From the IMG/VR virus record IMGVR_UViG_3300042507_005574: 64,000 bases of DNA; one strand, 5' to 3'. The notes under the pieces were generated by a model. That model was given only the letters and a program-made list of their open reading frames with translations. It searched no databases and was not told the origin of the DNA. A program made the translations under genes and the position numbers. The DNA comes from a virus. Positions 32,026 through 41,657 of this stretch are shown in pieces. The first letter of the stretch is position 1, and each line of letters begins with the position of its first letter.

Positions 32026-33704
32026 TGCGTAAAACTGATGAAACATATCTTGGCAATCCGTTACTTAAAGCCGGAAATATCAAGATTGAATTTACCAAAG
32101 ATCAACTAGAGGAGTATATCAAATGCTCCCAAGATCCTGTTTACTTCATGGAAAATCACATGAAGATTGTTACCTTGGATCAAGGTTTAGTGACCATTAC
32201 CTTATATGAATTTCAAAAAGAGATAGTAAGATCGGTTCACAACAATAGATTCACTATTTGCAAGATTCCTCGCCAATCAGGTAAAACAACCTGTCTAATT
32301 GGTGAGATTGTTCATCAAGTTTTGTTCAATCCATCATACAAAGTAGCCATACTTGCAAACAAATTGAAAACCGCTACAGAAATCATGGACAGAGTTAAAC
32401 TTGTTTATGAAAATCTTCCAAAGTGGATGCAGCAAGGGGTAATTGAGTGGAACAAAACCAGTATTACACTTGAAAATGGGTCTAAAGTGGTCTGTTCATC
32501 TACATCATCAAGTGCTGTTCGTGGTTCTTCATATAACTTTTTACTTTTAGATGAATTTGCATTCGTTCCTGAGGAGATAGCAGAGGATTTCTTTGCATCT
32601 GTTTATCCGACTATTACGGCAGGACAGACAACGAAAACCGTAATAGTTAGTACTCCTAATGGATTGAACATGTTTTATAAGTTGTGGCAAAACGCTAAAG
32701 ACGGAAAATCAAACTTTAAACCTGTAGAGGCGTTTTGGTGGCAAATTCCTGGTCGAGATGAAAAATTTAAAGCAGAGACAATCAGAAATACATCTGAAAG
32801 AAATTGGGCAAGTGAATATGAATGTGAGTTCCTCGGTTCACAAAATACTCTTATCAAAACATCTAAATTGGCATCGTTAACATTCTGTGAGCCTATTTTT
32901 AGTTCAAGTGATGGCCTTTGCGTATACGAATCTCCTAAAGAAAACCACATTTACTCAATTACGGTGGACACAAGTAGATCTGTAGGGCAGGATTATAATG
33001 CATTTGTGGTAATTGATGTGACTAATTTTCCATATAAAGTGGTTGCAAAGTATAAAAACAATCATATACCCTCTGAAATCTACCCAAATGTTATCCTATC
33101 TGTAGGAAATAAATACAACGAAGCGATGGTTCTTGTTGAAATTAATGACATCGGACAGCGGGTTGCTGACTTACTTAAGGAAGAATTAGAATATGACAAC
33201 CTTCTTGAAGTAGTGATTCAAAATAAAAAATCACAAAGACTTGCAACTGCTTACGGTGGAATGAAGGCTTATCCCGGATTAAGAACAAGTACACAGACAA
33301 AAAAATTGGGATGTAATGCTTTAAAAGAGTTGATAGAAGGCGATAAGTTAATACTAAACGATTTTGATATAATATCAGAACTGAGTACATTTATTGCTAA
33401 AGGCCAATCATTCGAAGCAAGTTCGGGATATCACGACGATTTGGTGTCCTGTCTTGTGATGTTCGGTTGGATGACAACGCAACCATATTTTCAAGATATT
33501 AGCAATTTAGATGTCAGAAAGAAAATTTACGAGGAAAAGATTAAAAAACTTGAAGAAGAACTAATACCCTTTGGGTTTATAGATTCTGGTCTTCAGGATG
33601 ATTATGAAAAGTCATCTTCCGAACTAGGAAGAGAGACATCGATTAGTTCAGATAATGAGGCAAAATCTAGTAATTGGGCAGCAGACAAAGACGAGATTTT
33701 TTGA
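32025..33704 (+). CDS. gp17: Terminase large subunit gp17
   Basis: YLGNPLLK, Walker A PRQSGKTT, Walker B LLLDEFAF, STPNGLN.FY, nuclease HDDLV. Confidence 0.97.
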   Translation: MRKTDETYLGNPLLKAGNIKIEFTKDQLEEYIKCSQDPVYFMENHMKIVTLDQGLVTITLYEFQKEIVRSVHNNRFTICKIPRQSGKTTCLIGEIVHQVLFNPSYKVAILANKLKTATEIMDRVKLVYENLPKWMQQGVIEWNKTSITLENGSKVVCSSTSSSAVRGSSYNFLLLDEFAFVPEEIAEDFFASVYPTITAGQTTKTVIVSTPNGLNMFYKLWQNAKDGKSNFKPVEAFWWQIPGRDEKFKAETIRNTSERNWASEYECEFLGSQNTLIKTSKLASLTFCEPIFSSSDGLCVYESPKENHIYSITVDTSRSVGQDYNAFVVIDVTNFPYKVVAKYKNNHIPSEIYPNVILSVGNKYNEAMVLVEINDIGQRVADLLKEELEYDNLLEVVIQNKKSQRLATAYGGMKAYPGLRTSTQTKKLGCNALKELIEGDKLILNDFDIISELSTFIAKGQSFEASSGYHDDLVSCLVMFGWMTTQPYFQDISNLDVRKKIYEEKIKKLEEELIPFGFIDSGLQDDYEKSSSELGRETSISSDNEAKSSNWAADKDEIF

Positions 33705-33708
33705 AACA

Positions 33709-33715
33709 CTAAATA
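33709..33715 (+). promoter_or_regulatory. Late promoter motif CTAAATA upstream of gp18
   Basis: Intergenic; followed by AGGAG RBS. Confidence 0.75.
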
Positions 33716-33756
33716 CCAACGACTAACTAAAGTCAAGTAAACAGGAGACTATTCAG

Positions 33757-35523
33757 ATGGCATTTCAACTTTCTCCAGGCGTGAGTGTAACGGAGCGGGA
33801 TCTAACGACCATTGTTCCAGCCGTTGCAACTACAAATGCAGCATTTGCGGGTATTTTTTCGTGGGGACCGATTGACCAAAGAGTCCTAATCGACAGCGAA
33901 AATAATTTAGTAAGACTCTTCGGTCTTCCTAACAACAATAATTATCCTTATTGGTTCTCGGCAGCAAACTTCTTGCAGTACGGAAATAATTTGCAAGTAG
34001 TTCGTTGCGTCAAAGAACAAACTTTGGCAAAGAATGCAGTTCCAGGAAATAAAACTGCTGCTTTGATTAAGAACGAAAACTTCTTGGGAAATGCTGACTG
34101 CGATACACATGGCGCATTTATTGCCAAGTACGCTGGTGCATTGGGTAATTCAATCGAAGTTCAGATTTGTGGTAGTAAAAACCCAACAACTGAATTCAAC
34201 ACTTGGATTTATGCCGATGAATTTGATCAGCAGCCAAGAACGAGTGGATATTCAGAGACCCTTGGCGGTACTGCTGATGAATTCCATTTAGTGGTTATCG
34301 ACAAAACAGGTTTGTGGTCAGGCGCAACCGGAACTGTTCTTGAGAGATTCTCAAACCTGTCTCTATCGGAAGATGCACAAGATTTCAATGGTATCTCTAG
34401 GTACTATAGATCAAGAATAAATGAAGATTCTCGTTATCTGTGGTGTCCTAACACACCGGCAGGAGTGACATCTATTGAAGAGGGTGCGGATTCGGCTACT
34501 CCGTTTAATACATTTGTATTCAATGGTGCCACTGCTTCTAACAATGTTTCATTTGGTGTCGCTAAGTATATTTTGGGTGGTGGTGTGGATGAAACATATC
34601 CTACAACTGCACAAGAGTTCAAAGATATTGCACTTGGGGGAACAGGAGCAGGATATAAGGCGTTCTCGGATCCTGAACAAGTTGATGTTAACCTCTTAAT
34701 TGGTGGACCAGAATATTCGCCATCAAACACAACTATTACTGATACCGTTGCAGCATCACTCAAAGATATCGCAGAAACTCGTAAAGACTGTGTAGTTTTC
34801 TGCTCCGCACCAATATCGAATCCTTATAGAACCGAAGACGATAAGTTGTCAATTGCAAAGAATTATCGTAACAATATCGGCTCTTCTTCGTATGTCTTCA
34901 TCGATAGCGGATATAAGTACATGTATGATATTTACAACGATAAGTATCGTTTTGTTCCTTTGTGTGGCGATATTGCAGGACTTTGCGCTCGTTCCGACAC
35001 AAACACGGATCCGTGGTATAGTCCTGCCGGATTCAACCGTGGCGGCATTAAGGGAGTTGTAAAGTTGTCGTTCAACCCAACACAAACATTCCGTGATGAG
35101 TTGTACAAGAATAACATCAATCCAGTAGTCACCTTTCCTGGTGAAGGAACAGTTCTGTACGGCGATAAGACTGCTCAGGCTAAACCTTCTGCATTCGATA
35201 GAATCAATGTCCGTCGTTTGTTCATCGTTCTTGAGAAGGCTATCGCAACTGCATCGAAGTACAGTCTGTTTGAATTCAATGATTCTTTCACCCGGGCACA
35301 GTTTCGTTCACTAGTTGAACCTTTCCTGCGGGATGTTCAGTCTCGTCGGGGTGTCATCGATTTCAAAGTGGTCTGTGATGAAAAGAACAACACACCCGAA
35401 GTCATTGACAGTAATAGATTTGTTGCTGACATTTACATTAAGCCTGCTCGTAGCATCAATTTCATTCAACTGAATTTTATCGCCACAAGAACAGGCATTT
35501 CGTTCAGCGAGGTCGGGGCGTAA
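33757..35523 (+). CDS. gp18: Tail sheath protein gp18
   Basis: FQLSPGVSVTERDLT, PWYSPAGFNRG, GDKT, SAFDRINVRRLF, IYIKPARSINFIQLNFIATR. Confidence 0.97.
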   Translation: MAFQLSPGVSVTERDLTTIVPAVATTNAAFAGIFSWGPIDQRVLIDSENNLVRLFGLPNNNNYPYWFSAANFLQYGNNLQVVRCVKEQTLAKNAVPGNKTAALIKNENFLGNADCDTHGAFIAKYAGALGNSIEVQICGSKNPTTEFNTWIYADEFDQQPRTSGYSETLGGTADEFHLVVIDKTGLWSGATGTVLERFSNLSLSEDAQDFNGISRYYRSRINEDSRYLWCPNTPAGVTSIEEGADSATPFNTFVFNGATASNNVSFGVAKYILGGGVDETYPTTAQEFKDIALGGTGAGYKAFSDPEQVDVNLLIGGPEYSPSNTTITDTVAASLKDIAETRKDCVVFCSAPISNPYRTEDDKLSIAKNYRNNIGSSSYVFIDSGYKYMYDIYNDKYRFVPLCGDIAGLCARSDTNTDPWYSPAGFNRGGIKGVVKLSFNPTQTFRDELYKNNINPVVTFPGEGTVLYGDKTAQAKPSAFDRINVRRLFIVLEKAIATASKYSLFEFNDSFTRAQFRSLVEPFLRDVQSRRGVIDFKVVCDEKNNTPEVIDSNRFVADIYIKPARSINFIQLNFIATRTGISFSEVGA

Positions 35524-35524
35524 G

Positions 35525-35531
35525 ATAAATA
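35525..35531 (+). promoter_or_regulatory. Late promoter motif ATAAATA upstream of gp19
   Basis: Intergenic; followed by AAGGAG. Confidence 0.7.
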
Positions 35532-35549
35532 ATCAAGGAGCAAACGAAA

Positions 35550-36176
35550 ATGTCACAATTCAGTATTGACGCATTTAGAGCAAATTTGGTAAACGGTATT
35601 GCCCGTAACAATCTTTTTCTTGTTCAGGGAAATTTCCCTAACGCAGGTCTTGGTGCTGTGAATTTTGCAGCAGGGGCTGCTGGCGCATTTTTTGGTCAGG
35701 CAGTAGCCGGTGCAATTAATAATGTTTCAGCGGCGATTGGTGCAGGAAGTTCGAATAATCAGGTTTCATATCTTGCAAAAGCGGCATCTATCCCACAGGC
35801 AGTGCAAAATATTGGACTAGCAAATTATATGGGCCGTCAATATAAGTATCCTGCCGATAGAACTTTCAATGAATGGAATCTTACGGTTTATAATGATGGT
35901 GCTTACACACTAAGAAAAGCGTTCGAACAGTGGTTAAATTCAATTAATACATACAAGACAAATATCGGTCCTAACGCCATGAATGGTGTCATGACAGATT
36001 GGTATGTCTCTCCACTTACCCGTGAGGGAACTATAATTACAACATATAAATTTGTTGGATGCTGGCCTTCCACAATCGGTGAAATTCAACTTGATATGGC
36101 ACCTACAACTGAACCATCATCGTTCCAAGTAACGATGTCATATCAGTATTATGAGATCGCCAACATCACTACTTGA
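35550..36176 (+). CDS. gp19: Tail tube protein gp19
   Basis: GIARNNLF.V, KAASIP, YMGRQ.K...DRTFNEWNLTVYND, FEQW.N.IN, YKFVGCWP..IGEI.L. Confidence 0.93.
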   Translation: MSQFSIDAFRANLVNGIARNNLFLVQGNFPNAGLGAVNFAAGAAGAFFGQAVAGAINNVSAAIGAGSSNNQVSYLAKAASIPQAVQNIGLANYMGRQYKYPADRTFNEWNLTVYNDGAYTLRKAFEQWLNSINTYKTNIGPNAMNGVMTDWYVSPLTREGTIITTYKFVGCWPSTIGEIQLDMAPTTEPSSFQVTMSYQYYEIANITT

Positions 36177-36227
36177 TAGAGATATATCTCGGATACCGCC
36201 TCAGATTTTAAAGGAGAGGTAATTATT

Positions 36228-37733
36228 ATGGCAGAACTATTTGGTTTTAAATTAGAGCGGTCCAAGAAGCAGAAAGAAAATTTCAAAGCACTAAAATCGT
36301 TCGTAGTACCAACTTCGGACGATGGTGCTATTCCTGTAGAAGCCGGTGGGTTTTACGGTCAGTATGTTGATCTTGATGGTACAGTAAGAAATGACTTTGA
36401 GTTAGTCATGAAGTACCGTGAAATGGCTATGGATCCAATTACAGAAATTGCAGTTGATGATATCGTCAATGAAGCGATTGTTCTTGGTGAAAAGAAAAGT
36501 CCTGTAAAGATTATTTTGGATCGATTGAAACAACCGGACAGTATCAAAGAAAAGATACACGATGAGTTTCGTAATATTCTTAGAGTTTTGCAGTTTGAAA
36601 CAAAAGGTGCAGATATTTTTCGAAGATGGTATGTAGATAGTAGAATCTATTTTCACATCATCGTAGATGAAGAAAATCCGCAAAAAGGAATTTTAGAGTG
36701 CCGTTATGTTGATCCTATGAATATCACGAAGATTCGTGAATTCAAAAAGGAAACCTTGAAGGATGGAACAAAAGTCATTGCCGGATACCATGACTTTTAC
36801 ATTTACAATAAAGACAACCCTCGCCAAGGTGGAAATGTAAGTGGAACTAAGATCAGTGACGATGCTATCGCATTCTGCTCATCGGGATTGATGGATTCCC
36901 GTTACAAAAGAATAGTCGGATTTCTTCATAAAGCAATTAAGCCACTCAATCAATTGAGAATGCTTGAGGACGCTGTTGTAATTTATCGAATCAGCCGTGC
37001 TCCTGAAAGAAGAATTTTCTACATCGATGTTGGTAATCTTCCGAAAACTAAAGCCGAAGCATATGTAAAAGGACTGATGAATCAGTATCGTAACCGTTTG
37101 GTTTATGATGCGAATAGTGGTGAAGTTCGTGATGATCGTAAGTTTATGAGCATGCTTGAGGATTATTGGTTGCCCCGTCGTGAAGGTAGCAAGGGTACTG
37201 AAATCACCACCTTACAAGGAGGAGCAAACCTTGGTGAATTGACAGATGTGGTGTATTTCCAAAAGAAACTTTATCGTGCTTTGTCAGTTCCAGTAAGCAG
37301 ATTGGAGCAAGATAAACAATTTATGCTTGGACGAACCACAGAAATTACCCGTGATGAAGTTCGATTCACCAAATTCATTCATAGACTTCGAACTAGATTC
37401 AGCGAGTTGTTTTTCGATTTACTTAAGAAACAACTCGTTCTTAAGAATATTATCACTCAAGATGATTGGCCTGACATGCGAGAATCTGTATATTTTGATT
37501 TTGTTAAAGATAATCTATTTACTGAATTAAAGAATAGTGAGGTTCGTAAGAATCAAATAGATGAATTAGGAAATATTAAACCATACATAGGTAAGTACTA
37601 TTCTCATGAATGGGTGCGGAAAAATGTTCTGACTCAATCAGAAGCAGATATTCGGGATATGGATCGGCAAATCGAAAAGGAACGCAACGCAGGCAAGATC
37701 GAACCCGATACATCACAGTTCGGTCTTGCGTAA
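36228..37733 (+). CDS. gp20: Portal protein gp20
   Basis: LFGF, FRRWYVD.R, LHKAIKPLNQLRMLEDAVVIYRISRAPERRIFYIDVGNLPK, EDYWLPRREG, EITRDE. Confidence 0.97.
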   Translation: MAELFGFKLERSKKQKENFKALKSFVVPTSDDGAIPVEAGGFYGQYVDLDGTVRNDFELVMKYREMAMDPITEIAVDDIVNEAIVLGEKKSPVKIILDRLKQPDSIKEKIHDEFRNILRVLQFETKGADIFRRWYVDSRIYFHIIVDEENPQKGILECRYVDPMNITKIREFKKETLKDGTKVIAGYHDFYIYNKDNPRQGGNVSGTKISDDAIAFCSSGLMDSRYKRIVGFLHKAIKPLNQLRMLEDAVVIYRISRAPERRIFYIDVGNLPKTKAEAYVKGLMNQYRNRLVYDANSGEVRDDRKFMSMLEDYWLPRREGSKGTEITTLQGGANLGELTDVVYFQKKLYRALSVPVSRLEQDKQFMLGRTTEITRDEVRFTKFIHRLRTRFSELFFDLLKKQLVLKNIITQDDWPDMRESVYFDFVKDNLFTELKNSEVRKNQIDELGNIKPYIGKYYSHEWVRKNVLTQSEADIRDMDRQIEKERNAGKIEPDTSQFGLA

Positions 37734-37742
37734 AGGGAAAAT

Positions 37743-38444
37743 ATGGACGAACAGACGGAAGACATTCTCAATTCGGTAATCGAAACTCTTATGAAAAAAG
37801 AGGTGGGGAAATTTCGCAGCATGATTCAGAAAGAGTTAGAATCTAAGGTTTACTTCAAAATTGAGGAACTAAAGAAGTTTTTGTCCTCAAATATCACAGA
37901 TCAACCGAGTACCGTGAGTGAAGTTCCGATGTCGCCGTCTGCACCTGTAGCAACAACACCCACAAATGATATGGACACAATGGGCACAGGTTCACCGAAG
38001 CCAACCAAACCCATCCCGCCTAAAAAAATCAAGTTGATTCCAACTACGGCAGGACAAAACAAAGACGATGTAACATTAGATCCAAACTTTGAAAAAGAGT
38101 TCTATCTAAGTTCATATACTTACAGGGGACAGAGAGTTATTATCAAACAAGTCGGGACGGGATTCGGTAAACCTGTTCGCATTTATATTAACGATAGAAG
38201 ATGGGAGTTTTTTCCTGGTCCTAAAAGTGCTACGAAGGCAACTAAAGAATACATCGATCAGTTGATGAAAGATGCGAAGAATGATGATGTTCTTGCGATA
38301 AACATGACAAAGAAAGTTGAAGCAGATAAGAGGGCAGGATTTGCAGAACCTCCTCCAGAAGTCCAAACTTCAGTTAGCAAATCGAGCACATCTTCTAAAA
38401 CCATCGATGGTGATCCACCAAAATCTAAAAAATCAAAGAAATAA
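37743..38444 (+). CDS. Prohead core protein (gp67-like N-terminus) with extra C-terminal domain
   Basis: Position directly after portal; helical N-terminal ~45 aa, Pro/Thr linker, then a globular-looking domain. Confidence 0.5.
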   Translation: MDEQTEDILNSVIETLMKKEVGKFRSMIQKELESKVYFKIEELKKFLSSNITDQPSTVSEVPMSPSAPVATTPTNDMDTMGTGSPKPTKPIPPKKIKLIPTTAGQNKDDVTLDPNFEKEFYLSSYTYRGQRVIIKQVGTGFGKPVRIYINDRRWEFFPGPKSATKATKEYIDQLMKDAKNDDVLAINMTKKVEADKRAGFAEPPPEVQTSVSKSSTSSKTIDGDPPKSKKSKK

Positions 38445-38455
38445 GAGAATTACCC

Positions 38456-38926
38456 ATGAATGACGAAAAAAACATCAATCAAGAGAAAATTGACGGCAGA
38501 ACAAAAATGTATAGAGATACTGTCTCTCGTCTTGAACACAATAGAAGACTGCGTGAGGAGCGCAAAAGATCCATGACTACGAAAAATGAGAACATAGTTG
38601 CAAACGCAATGAAGATGGTTGAGATGTATCGAAAGTTGCGTGAAGAGAAGAAGAAAACCATCATGGGAGCAAAGAAGGAATCTGTTCAATCTGAACCAAT
38701 CAAAGACGATAAGAAGTTGACCAGAGGACAGATGGTGGATGCAATTGGAATGAATAGCAATGGTAAGTTTGAAGTTAATGAAGAAGAACTCTCATCCAAG
38801 CAGAAAGCATATCGTGCTTTCTTTGAGAAAGCACTTAAGAAGTTTGGTAAAAAGTCTCCTGCTGATATGGATGATGGTGAGAAGAAGAAGTTCTTCAACT
38901 ATGTTAAATTGAATTGGAAGGGATAA
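38456..38926 (+). CDS. Basic head-region protein (possible prohead core/internal protein)
   Basis: DGRTKMY and YRAFFEKALKKFG..SPADM..EKKKFFNYV..W motifs; location between gp20 and gp21. Confidence 0.55.
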   Translation: MNDEKNINQEKIDGRTKMYRDTVSRLEHNRRLREERKRSMTTKNENIVANAMKMVEMYRKLREEKKKTIMGAKKESVQSEPIKDDKKLTRGQMVDAIGMNSNGKFEVNEEELSSKQKAYRAFFEKALKKFGKKSPADMDDGEKKKFFNYVKLNWKG

Positions 38927-39357
38927 TGCCTACTCTTAAGGTAAAATTTAAAGGTCCAAAAACAGCCAAAGAATTCCAAAAGAACTTTGGTATTGTTGGT
39001 TTAGACGCATCGATAAAAATCGATGGATCTTCTGCAACTATCACTACCAAAGATAAGAAGGCACACGATTTCGTAAAACAAATGGTCTTAGATTTGAAAG
39101 CAGATGTAAAGATGGAATCTGCTATGAAAAAATTCGTCAATGCAATAGTTGAGTCTGTCGAGACTAAAAACAATGTGGATCTAGTTTTATTAGATAAATC
39201 TATCGTTTCAGTAAATCCAATCTGTGCAGAGAAATTCATCTCTTTTCATGACGGAATCGTTGACGGAGATGCGGGAAACATTCTTCTTAGTCTTGCAGTG
39301 GAAAGTCAAGATTCATTCAATAGGACCATGCAATTTGTTCTCAAAGAACAGGAATAA
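38926..39357 (+). CDS. Prohead core protein, gp68-like
   Basis: C-terminal LVLLDKS.V.V.P..A..F...HD...ESQDSF....F pattern; TAATG coupling gives start 38926. Confidence 0.5.
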   Translation: MPTLKVKFKGPKTAKEFQKNFGIVGLDASIKIDGSSATITTKDKKAHDFVKQMVLDLKADVKMESAMKKFVNAIVESVETKNNVDLVLLDKSIVSVNPICAEKFISFHDGIVDGDAGNILLSLAVESQDSFNRTMQFVLKEQE

Positions 39358-39360
39358 CCA

Positions 39361-39789
39361 ATGGCAATAGTTAAACAAGATTTAGTCAAGACGCAAAAGA
39401 GGTATGTGACCAAAGTAGATTTCTCATCAGAAACTGCTATGTACGAACTTGGCGTTACGGGTTCGGCATTTGATGGTATTGGGGGTATTACCGGCGAAAG
39501 ATTTGTTGCAGGAATTACAAACAACACAGCAGCATTGTCGAGAATCACATGGACACTAAGTACAGGCGGATTGAATCTCACATGGGCTGGTGCGCCCGGT
39601 GCTACTGCCATGAGACTATATGGAACAAACGGTGAAATGAATCTAGAAAGAACCACTTTAAAGAATAACGCAACTGCACCGACAGGAATTTTGAATATAA
39701 CTCCAACAGGCACATTAAGTGGAACTGTTTTACTGGAATTTGTTCATGCATCAGGATCAGTAACACCTCCTGGCTACCTCGGACTATAA
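39361..39789 (+). CDS. Gly/Thr-rich virion-associated hypothetical protein
   Basis: Typical position before gp21; beta-rich pattern; many GxT motifs. Confidence 0.6.
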   Translation: MAIVKQDLVKTQKRYVTKVDFSSETAMYELGVTGSAFDGIGGITGERFVAGITNNTAALSRITWTLSTGGLNLTWAGAPGATAMRLYGTNGEMNLERTTLKNNATAPTGILNITPTGTLSGTVLLEFVHASGSVTPPGYLGL

Positions 39790-39798
39790 GGAAATCAC

Positions 39799-40446
39799 AT
39801 GAAACTAATCACAGAAGTAAACGAAGGCATTGAGATCATTTGCGAAGCATCCGCAAATGGAGACAAAAAGTACACGATTGAGGGAACTTTCCTTCAGGGA
39901 GATATCACTAATCGAAATAAGAGGAAGTATCCATTTGAGATGTTAAAGTCTAAGGTGAATGACTACATCAAAGAGTTCGTTAATCAAAAAAGAGCATTCG
40001 GTGAACTTGGTCACCCAGAGGGTCCAACTATTAACCTTGAGCGGGTTTCGCATATGATAACCGAACTTCACGCTGACGGTAAAAACTTTTACGGTAAAGC
40101 CAAGATTATGGACACCCCTTATGGAAAGATTGTAAAAAATCTAATCGATGAGGGGGCCAAACTCGGCGTTTCAAGCCGTGGCGTTGGTTCAATTGAAGAA
40201 AAGAATGGAATAAATGTGGTCAAAGATGATTTCCGTCTTTCAACAGCAGCCGACATTGTTGCAGATCCTTCTGCTCCCGAAGCATTTGTTCGTGGAGTTA
40301 TGGAAGGTAAAGAGTGGATTTATGAGAATGGGATACTAAAAGAAAGAGAAATTGATCAGATTCGCCGTGAGATCAGTAGAGCATCTTCCAGAAAATTAGA
40401 GGAAGCATGCATGCAAGCATTCAAGAAATTTATAACGAAACTTTAA
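39799..40446 (+). CDS. gp21: Prohead protease gp21
   Basis: MKLITE, IEGTFLQ..N.N.R.YP, AFGELGHP.GP.INL.RVSH, TP.G.IVK.L, LGVSSRG.GS, DIVADPSAP.AFV.G.ME. Confidence 0.97.
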   Translation: MKLITEVNEGIEIICEASANGDKKYTIEGTFLQGDITNRNKRKYPFEMLKSKVNDYIKEFVNQKRAFGELGHPEGPTINLERVSHMITELHADGKNFYGKAKIMDTPYGKIVKNLIDEGAKLGVSSRGVGSIEEKNGINVVKDDFRLSTAADIVADPSAPEAFVRGVMEGKEWIYENGILKEREIDQIRREISRASSRKLEEACMQAFKKFITKL

Positions 40447-40452
40447 CCCTTA

Positions 40453-40459
40453 CTAAATA
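40453..40459 (+). promoter_or_regulatory. Late promoter motif CTAAATA upstream of gp22
   Basis: Intergenic; followed by AAGGAG. Confidence 0.75.
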
Positions 40460-40481
40460 ACTATTACGAAGGAGACAAGAC

Positions 40482-41591
40482 ATGTCCGACGCTAATGAAG
40501 ATATCGAAGAAATCATCGATGAATTGTTCGAAGAAGAATCAACCATCGAAGAAGAAGATTCAAAAACATCGCAGAAAGCCAATCTAACAAAGGTTGGAAA
40601 GAAGCCTGTTCCTCCAACAAAGAAAGAAACCATGCACGAAGATGGTGAAGAAGAAGAGGAAGAAGAATTGGCAGCCGAAGAAACTGCCGCTAATGCATCT
40701 AATAAAGGTGCAGGAAAAGGTAAGTTGGCTGGCCTCTATAAGGATGGAACTGGTAAGGGTGCTGTTGTTCCCGAGCCTGTTGCAACCGATGCTTCTGATT
40801 CGTCAAGCAAGTTGTCGGCAAATGTCAAAGCCAAGAAGTCTATGCGTGAAGACATCGAAACTCACATGGATGCCATGTTTGATGGAGAAGAACTCACCGA
40901 AGATTTTAAGACCAAGGCATCAACCATCTTCGAAGCCGCTTTACAGGAGCGGATTGATGTGATTGAATCTGAACTTCAGGAAGAGTATCAGAATCGACTT
41001 GTAAGTGAAGTCGATGAAATCAAGAAGGGCTTAACAGAACAACTTGATTCTTATCTCTCATATGTGGTCGAAGAGTGGATGGAAGAAAACCGTCTTGCCG
41101 TCGAAAAGGGAATTCGCACCGAAATTGCAGAGGAGTTCATGCAAGGTCTGCGTAACCTGTTCCTGGAACACGACATTTCAGTTCCTGAGACTAAGGTTGA
41201 TCTTACCGATCAACTTGCAGAAACCGTTGAATCGCTCAAGGCCAAACTTGACGAAGAAATGAACAACAATATTGAACTCAAGAGTCAAATTGCAGTTTAT
41301 CGTCGTGAACAAATTCTTGACGAAGCAGCATCAGATTTAGCGGATACGCAAAAAGAAAGATTTGCTGTCCTTGCTGAGGGAATCACCTTCGAAACAGAAG
41401 ATGATCTTCGCAGAAAGGCACAGATCATTAAGGAGTCATACTTCTCTAGCAAGAAGCCTGTTCTCCGTGAGGAAGCACTCGCAACCTCAGATGAAGGAAG
41501 CATTGATGAAGTTGCAACTCCAGCGACGGACACGCTATCGGAATCAATGGCTAGTTATGCTCAGACATTGTCACGGCTTAACCGTCGTTGA
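40482..41591 (+). CDS. gp22: Prohead core scaffold gp22
   Basis: ELTEDFK.KA.TIFEAA, DSYLSYVVEEWM.EN.LAVE.GIR.EIAE.FM.GL..LF.EH, IKESYF. Confidence 0.95.
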   Translation: MSDANEDIEEIIDELFEEESTIEEEDSKTSQKANLTKVGKKPVPPTKKETMHEDGEEEEEEELAAEETAANASNKGAGKGKLAGLYKDGTGKGAVVPEPVATDASDSSSKLSANVKAKKSMREDIETHMDAMFDGEELTEDFKTKASTIFEAALQERIDVIESELQEEYQNRLVSEVDEIKKGLTEQLDSYLSYVVEEWMEENRLAVEKGIRTEIAEEFMQGLRNLFLEHDISVPETKVDLTDQLAETVESLKAKLDEEMNNNIELKSQIAVYRREQILDEAASDLADTQKERFAVLAEGITFETEDDLRRKAQIIKESYFSSKKPVLREEALATSDEGSIDEVATPATDTLSESMASYAQTLSRLNRR

Positions 41592-41608
41592 CCAAAAAGA
41601 TAGATTCG

Positions 41609-41615
41609 ATAAATA
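41609..41615 (+). promoter_or_regulatory. Late promoter motif ATAAATA upstream of gp23
   Basis: Intergenic; followed by TAAGGAG. Confidence 0.75.
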
Positions 41616-41657
41616 AAAACCGTACTAAAAGAGTACTCAATTAAGGAGAAATTACAA

